A stretch of DNA of 64,000 bases from Bacteriovoracia bacterium. GTDB taxonomy: Bacteria; Bdellovibrionota; UBA1018; JBFWNL01. This document shows positions 52,053-60,606 of the stretch, in pieces. The notes beneath the pieces were generated by a model that saw only the letters and a list, made by a program, of their open reading frames with translations, made no database searches and was not told the DNA's origin. The position numbers were made by a program, and so were the translations under genes. Within the stretch, counting starts at the first letter, position 1, and each line of letters begins with the position of its first letter. The stretch is from positions 523,825 to 587,824 of the forward strand of contig JBFWNL010000001.1 of NCBI GenBank assembly GCA_050251055.1, given 5' to 3'.

Positions 52053-52423
52053 AACCTTCTTTCCTGAAGCAACTTGTCGCCCGCCTCTTGAGCCCGTCGG
52101 ACAAGTACGAGCTCACGAATGGCCGCGGTACTCCTTCGCCCATCGAATCGCTTCCCCTCCTCGATCGCCTCGAAACGCTGGTGAGTGGCAGCATCGAGAC
52201 CAAGGCCCGCACGCAAGACCTGGCGCGCCAGCTCCAGGCGAAATTCGCCGCGCAGGCGCAAAACCAGGCCGAAACCTTGGCCAGGGCACGCGCTGAGGCG
52301 CAGGCACGGGCCGAAGAAGCCGCCCTTCCCCCGCGGGTTACCACCCGCCAAAAGGAGTACGAACCCGCCCTCCGCGACGAAAGCGTCGTGCAGGCGCTGC
52401 TCCATTTACGTGAAAGGCTATGA
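52037..52423 (+). CDS. Hypothetical protein
   Basis: TTG start after AAGGAG, overlapping the previous gene; ATGA overlap with the next gene. Confidence 0.55.
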   Translation: MSAPLKPSFLKQLVARLLSPSDKYELTNGRGTPSPIESLPLLDRLETLVSGSIETKARTQDLARQLQAKFAAQAQNQAETLARARAEAQARAEEAALPPRVTTRQKEYEPALRDESVVQALLHLRERL

Positions 52424-53097
52424 CCCGCGAGGCCCTGAAGTTTTCCAACGTCGCCGAGCGGTTCACCCTCGAAAATACGAGTCGATGGGACGACAGCGCC
52501 GCGCTCGCCGAGTGCTCCCTCTTGCGACTGGTGATCCTGCGCGACCTGTATCGCTATCTCCATGCTGAGCGCTCCAAGGTATTGGTGGAAGGATCCAAGA
52601 AAAGCGTGGACGATATCCGTGCGCTGCAGACCAGCTTGGAGGAGCTGCGCGGGCAAGACTTGCGCGGGCTCTCGCTTTCCGACGTCATCTCCCGGGCCAA
52701 AGCCGGCAAACCTTTGGACACCCCTCGCCGCCCCGCCGCCGAGTTGCTGCAGAAGATCGAGCGCGAGAAGCTGGAGCGCTACGACCGCAAGTGGGAATCC
52801 GCCTTGGCCGCCGAAGCCTTTCATTGCGGCTGGGGATTTTGGCACCTCGACGCCTGGGTGAAGGTCTCCACCGCCGAGGCGTTCCACGGCCACCTCAGCC
52901 GCTCGCTATGGCCGAAGGGCATCGTGCTCTTCGTGGAGGCTTCGCCGGGCAACAGCCTGGACAAGACGGATGAGCCGATCTGGAAAGGGCGCTGGGTGTG
53001 TACCCTCTCCCCTCAGAAAGACCCCAAGGCGACTCCTCTGCTGAGCATTCCCGGAATCTCTTCCCGACCCGACGAACCCCGGTGGAATCTACTATGA
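52420..53097 (+). CDS. Hypothetical protein
   Basis: 225-aa ORF with ATGA coupling at both ends. Confidence 0.7.
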   Translation: MTREALKFSNVAERFTLENTSRWDDSAALAECSLLRLVILRDLYRYLHAERSKVLVEGSKKSVDDIRALQTSLEELRGQDLRGLSLSDVISRAKAGKPLDTPRRPAAELLQKIEREKLERYDRKWESALAAEAFHCGWGFWHLDAWVKVSTAEAFHGHLSRSLWPKGIVLFVEASPGNSLDKTDEPIWKGRWVCTLSPQKDPKATPLLSIPGISSRPDEPRWNLL

Positions 53098-53606
53098 AGC
53101 TTTGCGAGTTCCTCACCTTGCTTTTGCGGACGCAAGGTCGAGTCCTGCAAGAACTGCTAGCCACATGCGGGGAGGGGCGCCTAGCGCAACTGTTGCGGGA
53201 CAACGAAGTCACGGCGCGGATATCGGTGCAAGGACTTCAGCTCGTGCACGGCCCCATGTCTTACCAGGGACATGGCGAAGGCTTCGCGATGATCGAGCAG
53301 ACGGTGACCGACCTGGCGTTGCCGGAGGAAATCGAGTTTCACCTCTGGTCCTACCCGTTTTACCGGGCGTTTATCGAAAGCGAGCTGGGACTGGATTCCA
53401 CGATCCGCAATGACAAGGCGAACGAACTGTCGGCGCTCTTGGACGAGGCCATCGCCTCGGCCCATCATTGGGGTGAATGCCTGGTCCCGAAAGATGGGGA
53501 CGCGGCGCTTGCGCGAAAAGTCCAAGCCGTGGTCAGCCAAAACTACCTGCGCTTTCGGACGGATTTCCTGCGTAAAACCGGCGGTCGCGCGCTTAGCTCT
53601 CTTTAG
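53094..53606 (+). CDS. Hypothetical protein
   Basis: Start MKLCEF overlaps the previous stop (ATGA). Confidence 0.65.
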   Translation: MKLCEFLTLLLRTQGRVLQELLATCGEGRLAQLLRDNEVTARISVQGLQLVHGPMSYQGHGEGFAMIEQTVTDLALPEEIEFHLWSYPFYRAFIESELGLDSTIRNDKANELSALLDEAIASAHHWGECLVPKDGDAALARKVQAVVSQNYLRFRTDFLRKTGGRALSSL

Positions 53607-55155
53607 CCAGCTTATGTTTTTCCAGAACTTTCCGTAACCCCTCGCGGCTCAAGCCAAGCAGCTTCGCCGCATGACTCTTATTGCCCTGGGTTTTCGCAAG
53701 CGCGATGCGCACCGCCTTTTTTTCCGCTTCATCTTTCGCCGCCTTCAGGGTCGTCACCTCACCCATCGACTCCTCGCTCGCTTCCCCTTCACTACCCGAG
53801 GCACCGATGGAGACCATCGACGCCGGGGTTGTCGGTTCGAGCTGAAAGTCCTGGGGAGAAAGCACATCGCGATCCCCGCTCAGAATGATCGCGCTTTCCA
53901 GCTTGTTCTGCAGCTGCCGGATATTTCCCGGCCACGGATAGGCCATGAGCTTGGCCAAGGCATCGGGGCTCAGCTTCTTCAAGCGCCGCGCGCGGCCCGC
54001 GAGCATTTTATTCAGGAGTGACTGGGAAAGGTCGCCAATATCGCCCGTGCGCTCGCGCAGAGCCGGAAGTCGGAAGCGGACGACGTTAATCCGGTAGTAA
54101 AGATCCTCGCGAAAACGCTGAGCGCGGACCATGCTCTCCAACTCACGGTTGGTCGCGGCCACGATCCGAAAGTCCACGGGCTTGGGCTTTTCGTCGGAAC
54201 CGACCGGAGTGACCGTCTTGTCCTGCAAAACGCGCAGGAGCTTGGCCTGCATGGAAAGCGGGAGCTCGCCGATTTCATCCAGAAAGAGCGTCCCCCCGTG
54301 GGCCATCTCGATCTTGCCCTTACGCGCGAACGTTCCCGTCGCCGCGCCCTTCGTCACCCCGAAGAGCTCGGCTTCGAACAGGCTCTCAGGGATGGCGGCG
54401 CAGTTCAGCGCGACGAAAGGGCTATTGCGGCGGGCGCTGCGCGAGTGCACCACCTTCGCCACGACTTCCTTGCCGGTACCGCTCTCCCCTTCGATTAAGA
54501 TGGAAGAATCGCTCTGCGCGAAGGCGGGTAGCTGATTGTAGAGTTCCTGCAAGAGACCGTTGGAAGAGCGCAGAACGAAGCTCTCGGTTTCCTGACCCCA
54601 GGTGCGCCGCTCCTGCTGGAGCGTGTTACTCACCTCGGTGAGATTCTCGATCGTGCGCCGATGCTCGAGCGCCACCGCCGCAAAGAGCGCAAGCACTTGC
54701 AGGATCTGCAGATCGTCTTCCTCGAACCGTCCGCGCTTGGAGTTCAAAATTTGTATCGCGCCCAAGTTGCGACCGGAAGGCGCCCGCATCGGCACGCAGA
54801 GAATCGTCTCGGTTCGGTACTGGGTGACGGCATCCACCTTTGGAAAAAACCGCGGATCCGAATGAGCGTCGTTGATGATGATCGGCAACGCCGTCTTGAA
54901 GACGTGCCCCACAATGCCCTGGTCAGCGGCGATCCTGATCTCTTTTCCGCCCATGCCGGTGGCTACCAGGGATGTGAGCTGCATGTCCGCCAGGGGGGCT
55001 TCCTTCTCGGGGGCTAGAAACACCGACCCGCGATCCCCATGGGTGAGCTCAATAGCCGCATCTAAGATGCGGGAAACCAGCGCCGTCCGCTCCAGACGGT
55101 CGAAGAAGGCCGTACAGACCTGCAGAAGCATGGGGAGGATCTGAGACGGTTCCAT
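53593..55155 (-). CDS. Sigma54-dependent enhancer-binding protein (GAF-AAA+-Fis HTH)
   Basis: N-terminal GAF (DPRF...YRT.TILCVP), GESGTGKE, LFLDEIGE, QAKLLRVLQ, WPGNIRQL, C-terminal HTH; GAFTGA loop reads GAATGT. Confidence 0.95.
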   Translation of the reverse strand: MEPSQILPMLLQVCTAFFDRLERTALVSRILDAAIELTHGDRGSVFLAPEKEAPLADMQLTSLVATGMGGKEIRIAADQGIVGHVFKTALPIIINDAHSDPRFFPKVDAVTQYRTETILCVPMRAPSGRNLGAIQILNSKRGRFEEDDLQILQVLALFAAVALEHRRTIENLTEVSNTLQQERRTWGQETESFVLRSSNGLLQELYNQLPAFAQSDSSILIEGESGTGKEVVAKVVHSRSARRNSPFVALNCAAIPESLFEAELFGVTKGAATGTFARKGKIEMAHGGTLFLDEIGELPLSMQAKLLRVLQDKTVTPVGSDEKPKPVDFRIVAATNRELESMVRAQRFREDLYYRINVVRFRLPALRERTGDIGDLSQSLLNKMLAGRARRLKKLSPDALAKLMAYPWPGNIRQLQNKLESAIILSGDRDVLSPQDFQLEPTTPASMVSIGASGSEGEASEESMGEVTTLKAAKDEAEKKAVRIALAKTQGNKSHAAKLLGLSREGLRKVLEKHKLAKES

Positions 55156-55162
55156 AGCGTTT

Positions 55163-55189
55163 TAATCGGTCTAAAGGGGCAAAACTATA
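55163..55189 (-). promoter_or_regulatory. Candidate sigma28 (FliA) promoter for the bEBP gene, leaderless
   Basis: Minus strand TATA-N15-ACCGATTA versus consensus TAAA-N15-GCCGATAA; ends 7 nt before the ATG; no SD. Confidence 0.5.
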
Positions 55190-55284
55190 ACTTTTGTTGG
55201 CAGTTTGAGTTAATTTCAGAAGGTAGTGCCAAAAAAAGTGCCATTCTGCACTAAAAGTTGGCAGTTTGACGCAACTGAAGTTGC
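55186..55284. promoter_or_regulatory. Upstream activator (enhancer) array
   Basis: Direct repeat GTTGGCAGTTTGA at 55196 and 55257; palindrome GCAAC-TGAA-GTTGC at 55271-55284; TGCCA half-sites. Confidence 0.65.
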
Positions 55285-55323
55285 CCTCTCGAGCTTTTCC
55301 CCTATCTTTTCAACCACCCAAAG

Positions 55324-55340
55324 TTGGCACCGCGCTTGCT
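55324..55340 (+). promoter_or_regulatory. Sigma54 (-24/-12) promoter
   Basis: TTGGCACCGCGCTTGCT, near-perfect TGGCAC-N5-TTGC(A/T). Confidence 0.85.
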
Positions 55341-55350
55341 CTATCTAGTC

Positions 55351-55475
55351 AGTGTGGGGAATGCAACGGGGACCTCAGAGTGGTGGGAGCTGAGGCCCTA
55401 AGCAACCCAAAAAGTTTGTCCTCCAAAACCCTAAAAACCCTCTCATGGGAGCCGGGCCATTTGGCCCGGCTCCAA
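55351..55475 (+). ncRNA. Candidate sigma54-dependent small RNA (or structured 5' leader of hldD)
   Basis: Starts at the predicted +1; 5' stem-loop 55355-55409, C-rich single strand (TCCTCC, AAAACCCT x2), terminal 11-12-bp hairpin 55448-55473; no credible ORF. Confidence 0.55.
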
Positions 55476-55542
55476 TAAGATTACGGGCCAAATTCGGGGT
55501 TAACCCTGTCCAAATCCAGGCAATCCAAGTAAAAATCAAAGC

Positions 55543-56544
55543 ATGAACGCTGCGGCAAAACCGATGGCGCCTCCGTCATCCATTCTAGTTACCGGCGCGG
55601 CCGGCTTTATCGGCACACGCCTCGTCGCACGCCTGCAATCCCTGCCCAAGCCCGCGCCCTTGATCAGCGTGGATCGTCGTGCGCACTTTGCCACGCGCAC
55701 CGAGCACGGGGGCACGGACTACGGACAAATCGTCGACCGTGACGAGCTCGAAGCCTGGCTCGCGAAAGAAAAGCCCGCGCTCAAGGCCGTGATTCACCTG
55801 GGCGCCTGCACCGACACCACGAATTTAGACGAAGCCTACCAGAAACGCATGAACCTGCAGTATTCGCAGATGCTTTGGAATCATTGCACGCGCGCGAAAA
55901 CCCCCTTCATTTACGCCAGCAGCGCCGCTACCTACGGCGAAGGAAATTTAGGCTATAGCGACGACGAAGGCCTGATCCCCATGTTGAAGCCCCTAAATCC
56001 CTACGGCGAATCCAAGCGCCTCTTTGATCTTTGGGCGATTGAACAAGAAAAAGCCGGCAAAACACCCCCCAGCTGGAGCGGGTTCAAGTTCTTCAACGTC
56101 TACGGGTTCGGTGAGCGCCACAAAGGCAAGATGGCCAGCGTCGTGCTCCATGCTTTCGATCAAATCCAGGCGAGCGGTCGCGTGAAGCTCTTCAAGAGCC
56201 ACCGCGAAGGCATCGCGCACGGCCAACAAAAGCGGGACTTCATTTACGTGGAAGACGTCGTCGACGTTTTACTCTACGCGATGAACCGCCCGATCCCACG
56301 CGGGATCTACAACTTAGGCAGCGGGCAAGCCCGCTCGTTTTTAGATCTCGTCCGCGCGACCTTCCGGGCAATGGGACGCTCGGAGCAAATCGAATTCATC
56401 GATACGCCATTGGAACTGCGCGAACGCTACCAGTACTTCACCGAAGCGAAGATGTTCAAGCTGGAGAGCCTGGGCTACGACAAGCCCTTTACCCCACTCG
56501 AAGAAGGCGTGGCTGCCACGGTGGCGCGCCTCGGCGCTCGCTAG
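55543..56544 (+). CDS. hldD: ADP-L-glycero-D-manno-heptose 6-epimerase
   Basis: TGAAGFIG, HLGACTDTT, YASSAATYG, YGESK, FNVYG..E.HKGKMASV. Confidence 0.93.
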   Translation: MNAAAKPMAPPSSILVTGAAGFIGTRLVARLQSLPKPAPLISVDRRAHFATRTEHGGTDYGQIVDRDELEAWLAKEKPALKAVIHLGACTDTTNLDEAYQKRMNLQYSQMLWNHCTRAKTPFIYASSAATYGEGNLGYSDDEGLIPMLKPLNPYGESKRLFDLWAIEQEKAGKTPPSWSGFKFFNVYGFGERHKGKMASVVLHAFDQIQASGRVKLFKSHREGIAHGQQKRDFIYVEDVVDVLLYAMNRPIPRGIYNLGSGQARSFLDLVRATFRAMGRSEQIEFIDTPLELRERYQYFTEAKMFKLESLGYDKPFTPLEEGVAATVARLGAR

Positions 56545-56778
56545 TCCATCCGGGCCAATCGACGCAACACCCCATAGCTGACTCCTGAACGCGGTTTTTC
56601 GGCAATTTCATTGTCCGTTTCCCGGTCTTTCGATATACCCAATCCTCATTTCATTTCGGCATCTGAGTTCGGCAGTGGGGCCCTCGACGCAGTTCTTTTC
56701 GCCTTTGAAACCCCTGTCCCGCGCGCGTTTTAAATAAATCGGAACTCGCCTACCCGCGAGTCCGCAAGGAGACCGGTC

Positions 56779-58239
56779 ATGCAAAAAAATTATATCAATA
56801 GTGAGTGGATTGATTCGCTCGGTAAAGAGAAGGTCGAAATCATCAACCCCGCCACCGGCAAGGTGATCGATCACTGCCCCCTCGGCACTAAAGAAGATGT
56901 CAACCGCGCGGTCGAAGCCGCCGCGAAAGCTTTCCCGATGTGGCGGCAGACCCCGCCCACGGATCGCGTACAGCCCCTCTTCCGTCTGAAGATGCTGCTC
57001 GAAGAGAATCAAGAAGCGCTCGCCCGCTGCCTCACGCAAGAGCACGGCAAGACGCTCGTTGAAGCCCGCGGCAGCATCCGTCGCGGCATTCAAATGGTCG
57101 AAACTGCGTGCGGCATCCCCACCCTGATGATGGGGCAGGTACTCGAAGACATCGCGCCCGGCATCGACAGCCAAGCCGTACGCCGTCCGATGGGCGTTTT
57201 CACTGCGATCACGCCTTCGAACTTTCCCGCCATGGTTCCGTTCTGGTTCTGGCCCTTCGCGGTCGCCTCGGGCAACACATTCGTGCTGAAGCCCAGCGAG
57301 CGCGTACCCATGACCCAGACGATGATCATGGACCTGATCACGAAGGCGAAGTTTCCACCGGGCGTGATCAACGTCGTGCAAGGCGGACGCGAAGTCGTCG
57401 ACGCGCTCTGCACCCACCCAAAAATCCAAGGCGTATCGTTCGTGGGCTCCACGCCGGTCGCCAAGCACGTCTACGTCACCGCTTCGGCCGCGGGTAAGCG
57501 CGTGCAATCGCTCGGCGGCGCGAAAAACTTCATGGTCGTCATGCCGGATGCCGTCATGGACAAAGCCGTTTCGACCGCGCTCGAATCCATTATCGGTTGC
57601 GCGGGCCAACGTTGCCTCGCCGGTTCCGTGATCCTGGCCGTGGGTGACTGCTACGACAAGGTCGCCGACCAGATCGTGCGCTTCGCGCGCGACGTGAACG
57701 TGGGCGACGGGCTCGACCCCCGCACGCAGATGGGTCCAGTGATCTCGGCCGCCTCGAAAGAGCGCGTGAAAGGATTGATCGCGGGCGCCGTGAAAGAAGG
57801 CGGCAAGCTCTTGCTCGACGGACGTGAAAACGTCGATCAAATGCCGGGCTACTTCCTGCGCCCCTCCGTCATTGGCGAAGTAAAACCCGAAATGACGATC
57901 GCCAAGGAAGAAGTTTTCGGACCCGTGGTTTGCCTGGCCCGAGTGAAGACACTCGACGAAGCGATCACCTGGCTCAATAGCTCGAACTACGCGAACACGA
58001 CCACGCTCTTTACGACGAACGGAGCGGCCGCCCGCAAGTTCACCTACGAGGTGGAGCCGAGCATGATCGGAATCAACATTGGCGTTCCCGCGCCCATGTC
58101 GTTTTTCTCATTCGGCGGCGCCAAGGACTCGTTCTTCGGCGACGTGAAGGCCCACGGGCGCGCGTCGATGGATTTTTACACCGACACCAAAACCACGATC
58201 TTCCGCTGGCTGAGCGATTCCAGCATTTGGAGCAAGTAA
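56779..58239 (+). CDS. mmsA: CoA-acylating (methyl)malonate-semialdehyde dehydrogenase
   Basis: NFPAMVP, KPSE, GGAKN, AGQRCLA, EEVFGPV, GINIGVPAP. Confidence 0.93.
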   Translation: MQKNYINSEWIDSLGKEKVEIINPATGKVIDHCPLGTKEDVNRAVEAAAKAFPMWRQTPPTDRVQPLFRLKMLLEENQEALARCLTQEHGKTLVEARGSIRRGIQMVETACGIPTLMMGQVLEDIAPGIDSQAVRRPMGVFTAITPSNFPAMVPFWFWPFAVASGNTFVLKPSERVPMTQTMIMDLITKAKFPPGVINVVQGGREVVDALCTHPKIQGVSFVGSTPVAKHVYVTASAAGKRVQSLGGAKNFMVVMPDAVMDKAVSTALESIIGCAGQRCLAGSVILAVGDCYDKVADQIVRFARDVNVGDGLDPRTQMGPVISAASKERVKGLIAGAVKEGGKLLLDGRENVDQMPGYFLRPSVIGEVKPEMTIAKEEVFGPVVCLARVKTLDEAITWLNSSNYANTTTLFTTNGAAARKFTYEVEPSMIGINIGVPAPMSFFSFGGAKDSFFGDVKAHGRASMDFYTDTKTTIFRWLSDSSIWSK

Positions 58240-59646
58240 ATGAAAACCCTACTCGTCAAAAACGGCCTGGTCGTTACCGCCACCGATCAATACGAAGCCG
58301 ACATTTACGTCGTGGGCGAAAAGATCCAGACGATCGGTAAGGGGCTGGAAGCCCAGTTAATAAAAGCCGATCAAGTGCCAGATCAAGTTATTGACGCCAA
58401 GGGCCGCTACGTGTTCCCGGGCGGGATCGACGCCCACACGCACATGGATCTGCCCTTCATGGGGACATCTTCGAGCGACGACTTCGAGAGCGGTACGATG
58501 GCGGGCCTGCACGGCGGTACCACGACCATCATCGACTTCGCGATTCAGACCCAAGGCGATAGCTTGGCCGCCGCTTTGAACACCTGGCACGAAAAGGCCG
58601 ACGGCAAGGCCGTGGGTGACTACGCCTTCCACCTCGCGATTACGGATCTGAACGAAAAGACGAAGGCCGAGATTAAGACTTGCGTGGAAAAAGGCGTGAC
58701 GTCCTTTAAGACCTTCATGGCCTATAAAGGCGCCTTGATGATCGACGACCGCCAGATGGTCGCGCTCATGGCCGAAGTTTCCAAGCAAGGCGGCATGGTC
58801 ACAACCCACGCCGAAAACGGCGATATGATCGATAACCTTATCGCCCAGAATCGCCTGAACGGGAATCTGACCCCGAAATACCACGCGCTCTCGCGCCCCG
58901 AAATCGCCGAAGCCGAAGCAACCGGCCGCATTTCCGATATCGCGTTCCAAGGCGGGCATCCGCTCTACATCGTGCACATGACCTGTGAAGGCGCGCTGAA
59001 CCGCATCCGCGAGAACACGAAACGGGGCCAGAAGGTCTTCGTCGAGACCTGCGTGCAATACCTGCTCCTGGATGACACTTTGTATTCGCGCGAGAACTTC
59101 GAAGGCTCCAAGTGGGTAATGAGCCCACCGCTCCGCAAGCCCAAAGACCAAGCCGCGCTCTGGGCCGCGCTCAACCAAGGCCTCGTGCAGGTCGTGGCCA
59201 CCGATCATTGCCCGTTCTGCATGGACCAGAAGCGCATGGGTGAAAAAGACTTCTCGAAGATCCCGAACGGCGCGCCCGGCGTCGAAAACCGTCTGGAGCT
59301 CATGTTCTCGGAAGGCGTGGGCAAGGGCCGCATTTCGCTCAATAAGTTCGTCGACGTGAATTGCACGGCGCCGGCCAAGATCTTCGGTCTCTTCCCGCGC
59401 AAGGGAACGATCGCCGTGGGTTCGGACGCGGATCTTGTGATCTTCGACCCGAACGAGACTCATACGTTATCGGTAAAGAACCAGCACATGAAGTGTGACT
59501 ACTCGGCTTATGAGGGCTGGAACGTGCGCGGAAAGGTGAAGACCACCATCCTGCGCGGTACCGTGGCCGTGGACAACGGTAAAGCACATGTCGGCAAGGG
59601 TTTCGGGAAATACCTCCCACGTGCCAAGCTGAGCGCCAACATTTAG
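58240..59646 (+). CDS. hydA: Dihydropyrimidinase
   Basis: PGGIDAHTH, GGTTTIIDF, SFKTFMAY, HAENG, SPPLR, TDHCPF. Confidence 0.95.
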   Translation: MKTLLVKNGLVVTATDQYEADIYVVGEKIQTIGKGLEAQLIKADQVPDQVIDAKGRYVFPGGIDAHTHMDLPFMGTSSSDDFESGTMAGLHGGTTTIIDFAIQTQGDSLAAALNTWHEKADGKAVGDYAFHLAITDLNEKTKAEIKTCVEKGVTSFKTFMAYKGALMIDDRQMVALMAEVSKQGGMVTTHAENGDMIDNLIAQNRLNGNLTPKYHALSRPEIAEAEATGRISDIAFQGGHPLYIVHMTCEGALNRIRENTKRGQKVFVETCVQYLLLDDTLYSRENFEGSKWVMSPPLRKPKDQAALWAALNQGLVQVVATDHCPFCMDQKRMGEKDFSKIPNGAPGVENRLELMFSEGVGKGRISLNKFVDVNCTAPAKIFGLFPRKGTIAVGSDADLVIFDPNETHTLSVKNQHMKCDYSAYEGWNVRGKVKTTILRGTVAVDNGKAHVGKGFGKYLPRAKLSANI

Positions 59647-59670
59647 CCCTAACATTCAAAGGAAATCAAA

Positions 59671-60537
59671 ATGTCGAATATCGTAAAAGCCGGCTTGATT
59701 CAGATCGCGAACAAAATCGATACGAAAGAACCTTGCGAAAAACATCGCAATGCCATGATCGAAGCCCACATTCCCTATATCGAGAAAGCGGGCAAACAGG
59801 GCGTGAAGATGCTTTGCTTCCAGGAAATTTTCACCGGCCCCTACTTCTGCCCGTCGCAAGACGTAAAGTGGTATGGCCTAGCCGAGGAAATCCCGAACGG
59901 CCCAACGACCAAGCTCATGCAAGAGTACGCGAAGAAGTACAATATGGTCATCGTCGTGCCGATCTACGAACAAGAGATGACGGGCGTGTACTATAATACC
60001 GCGGCCGTGATCGACGCCGACGGCAAGTACTTGGGTAAGTACCGCAAGAACCACATCCCGCAGGTGGCCGGATTTTGGGAAAAGTTCTTCTTCAAGCCGG
60101 GCAACATGGGCTACCCCGTGTTCAAGACCCAGTACGGCAACGTCGGCGTCTACATCTGCTACGACCGCCACTTCCCGGACGGAGCCCGCTGCCTGGGCCT
60201 CAGCGGCGCCGAGATCGTATTCAACCCGTCGGCAACCGTCGCTGGCCTCTCGCAGTATCTCTGGGAGATCGAGCAACCCGCCCACGCCGTGGCCAACGGC
60301 TACTTCGTCGGCGCGATCAACCGCATCGGCCGCGAGCAGCCTTGGAACATCGGTGAGTTCTACGGGTCTTCCTATTTCGTCAGCCCGCGCGGCAAGATCG
60401 TCGCGCAGGCCTCGAAAGACAAAGACGAACTGCTGGTATCCGATCTCAACTTCGACGAGATCAAGGAAGTGCGCGACCTCTGGCAGTTTTATCGGGATCG
60501 GCGGCCGGAAACTTACGGGCAGTTGACGGCGTTGTGA
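59671..60537 (+). CDS. Nitrilase-family beta-ureidopropionase (N-carbamoyl-beta-alanine amidohydrolase)
   Basis: E-K-C triad (CFQE, YRKNHIP, ICYDRHFP); located between hydA and an aminotransferase. Confidence 0.88.
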   Translation: MSNIVKAGLIQIANKIDTKEPCEKHRNAMIEAHIPYIEKAGKQGVKMLCFQEIFTGPYFCPSQDVKWYGLAEEIPNGPTTKLMQEYAKKYNMVIVVPIYEQEMTGVYYNTAAVIDADGKYLGKYRKNHIPQVAGFWEKFFFKPGNMGYPVFKTQYGNVGVYICYDRHFPDGARCLGLSGAEIVFNPSATVAGLSQYLWEIEQPAHAVANGYFVGAINRIGREQPWNIGEFYGSSYFVSPRGKIVAQASKDKDELLVSDLNFDEIKEVRDLWQFYRDRRPETYGQLTAL

Positions 60538-60546
60538 CGAGTCAGA

Positions 60547-60588
60547 TTTCAGTTTCGGTTCGAGTTCCAGTTTCAGTTTAGTTTTCAG
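60547..60588 (+). repeat. Degenerate intergenic hexamer repeat (TTTCAG-like x7)
   Basis: tttcag tttcgg ttcgag ttccag tttcag tttagt tttcag. Confidence 0.65.
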
Positions 60589-60606
60589 GTAGAGAAAGGT
60601 TTGCCT

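Noticed and set aside
55170-55290. GGCAAA...GACGCAA as a c-di-GMP-I riboswitch
   Set aside because: No P2 stem with a GNRA loop between the motifs; better explained as enhancer boxes
55361-55393. 10-codon ORF MQRGPQSGGS inside the candidate sRNA
   Set aside because: The G-rich run abuts the ATG with no SD spacing, and the ORF is buried in the stem
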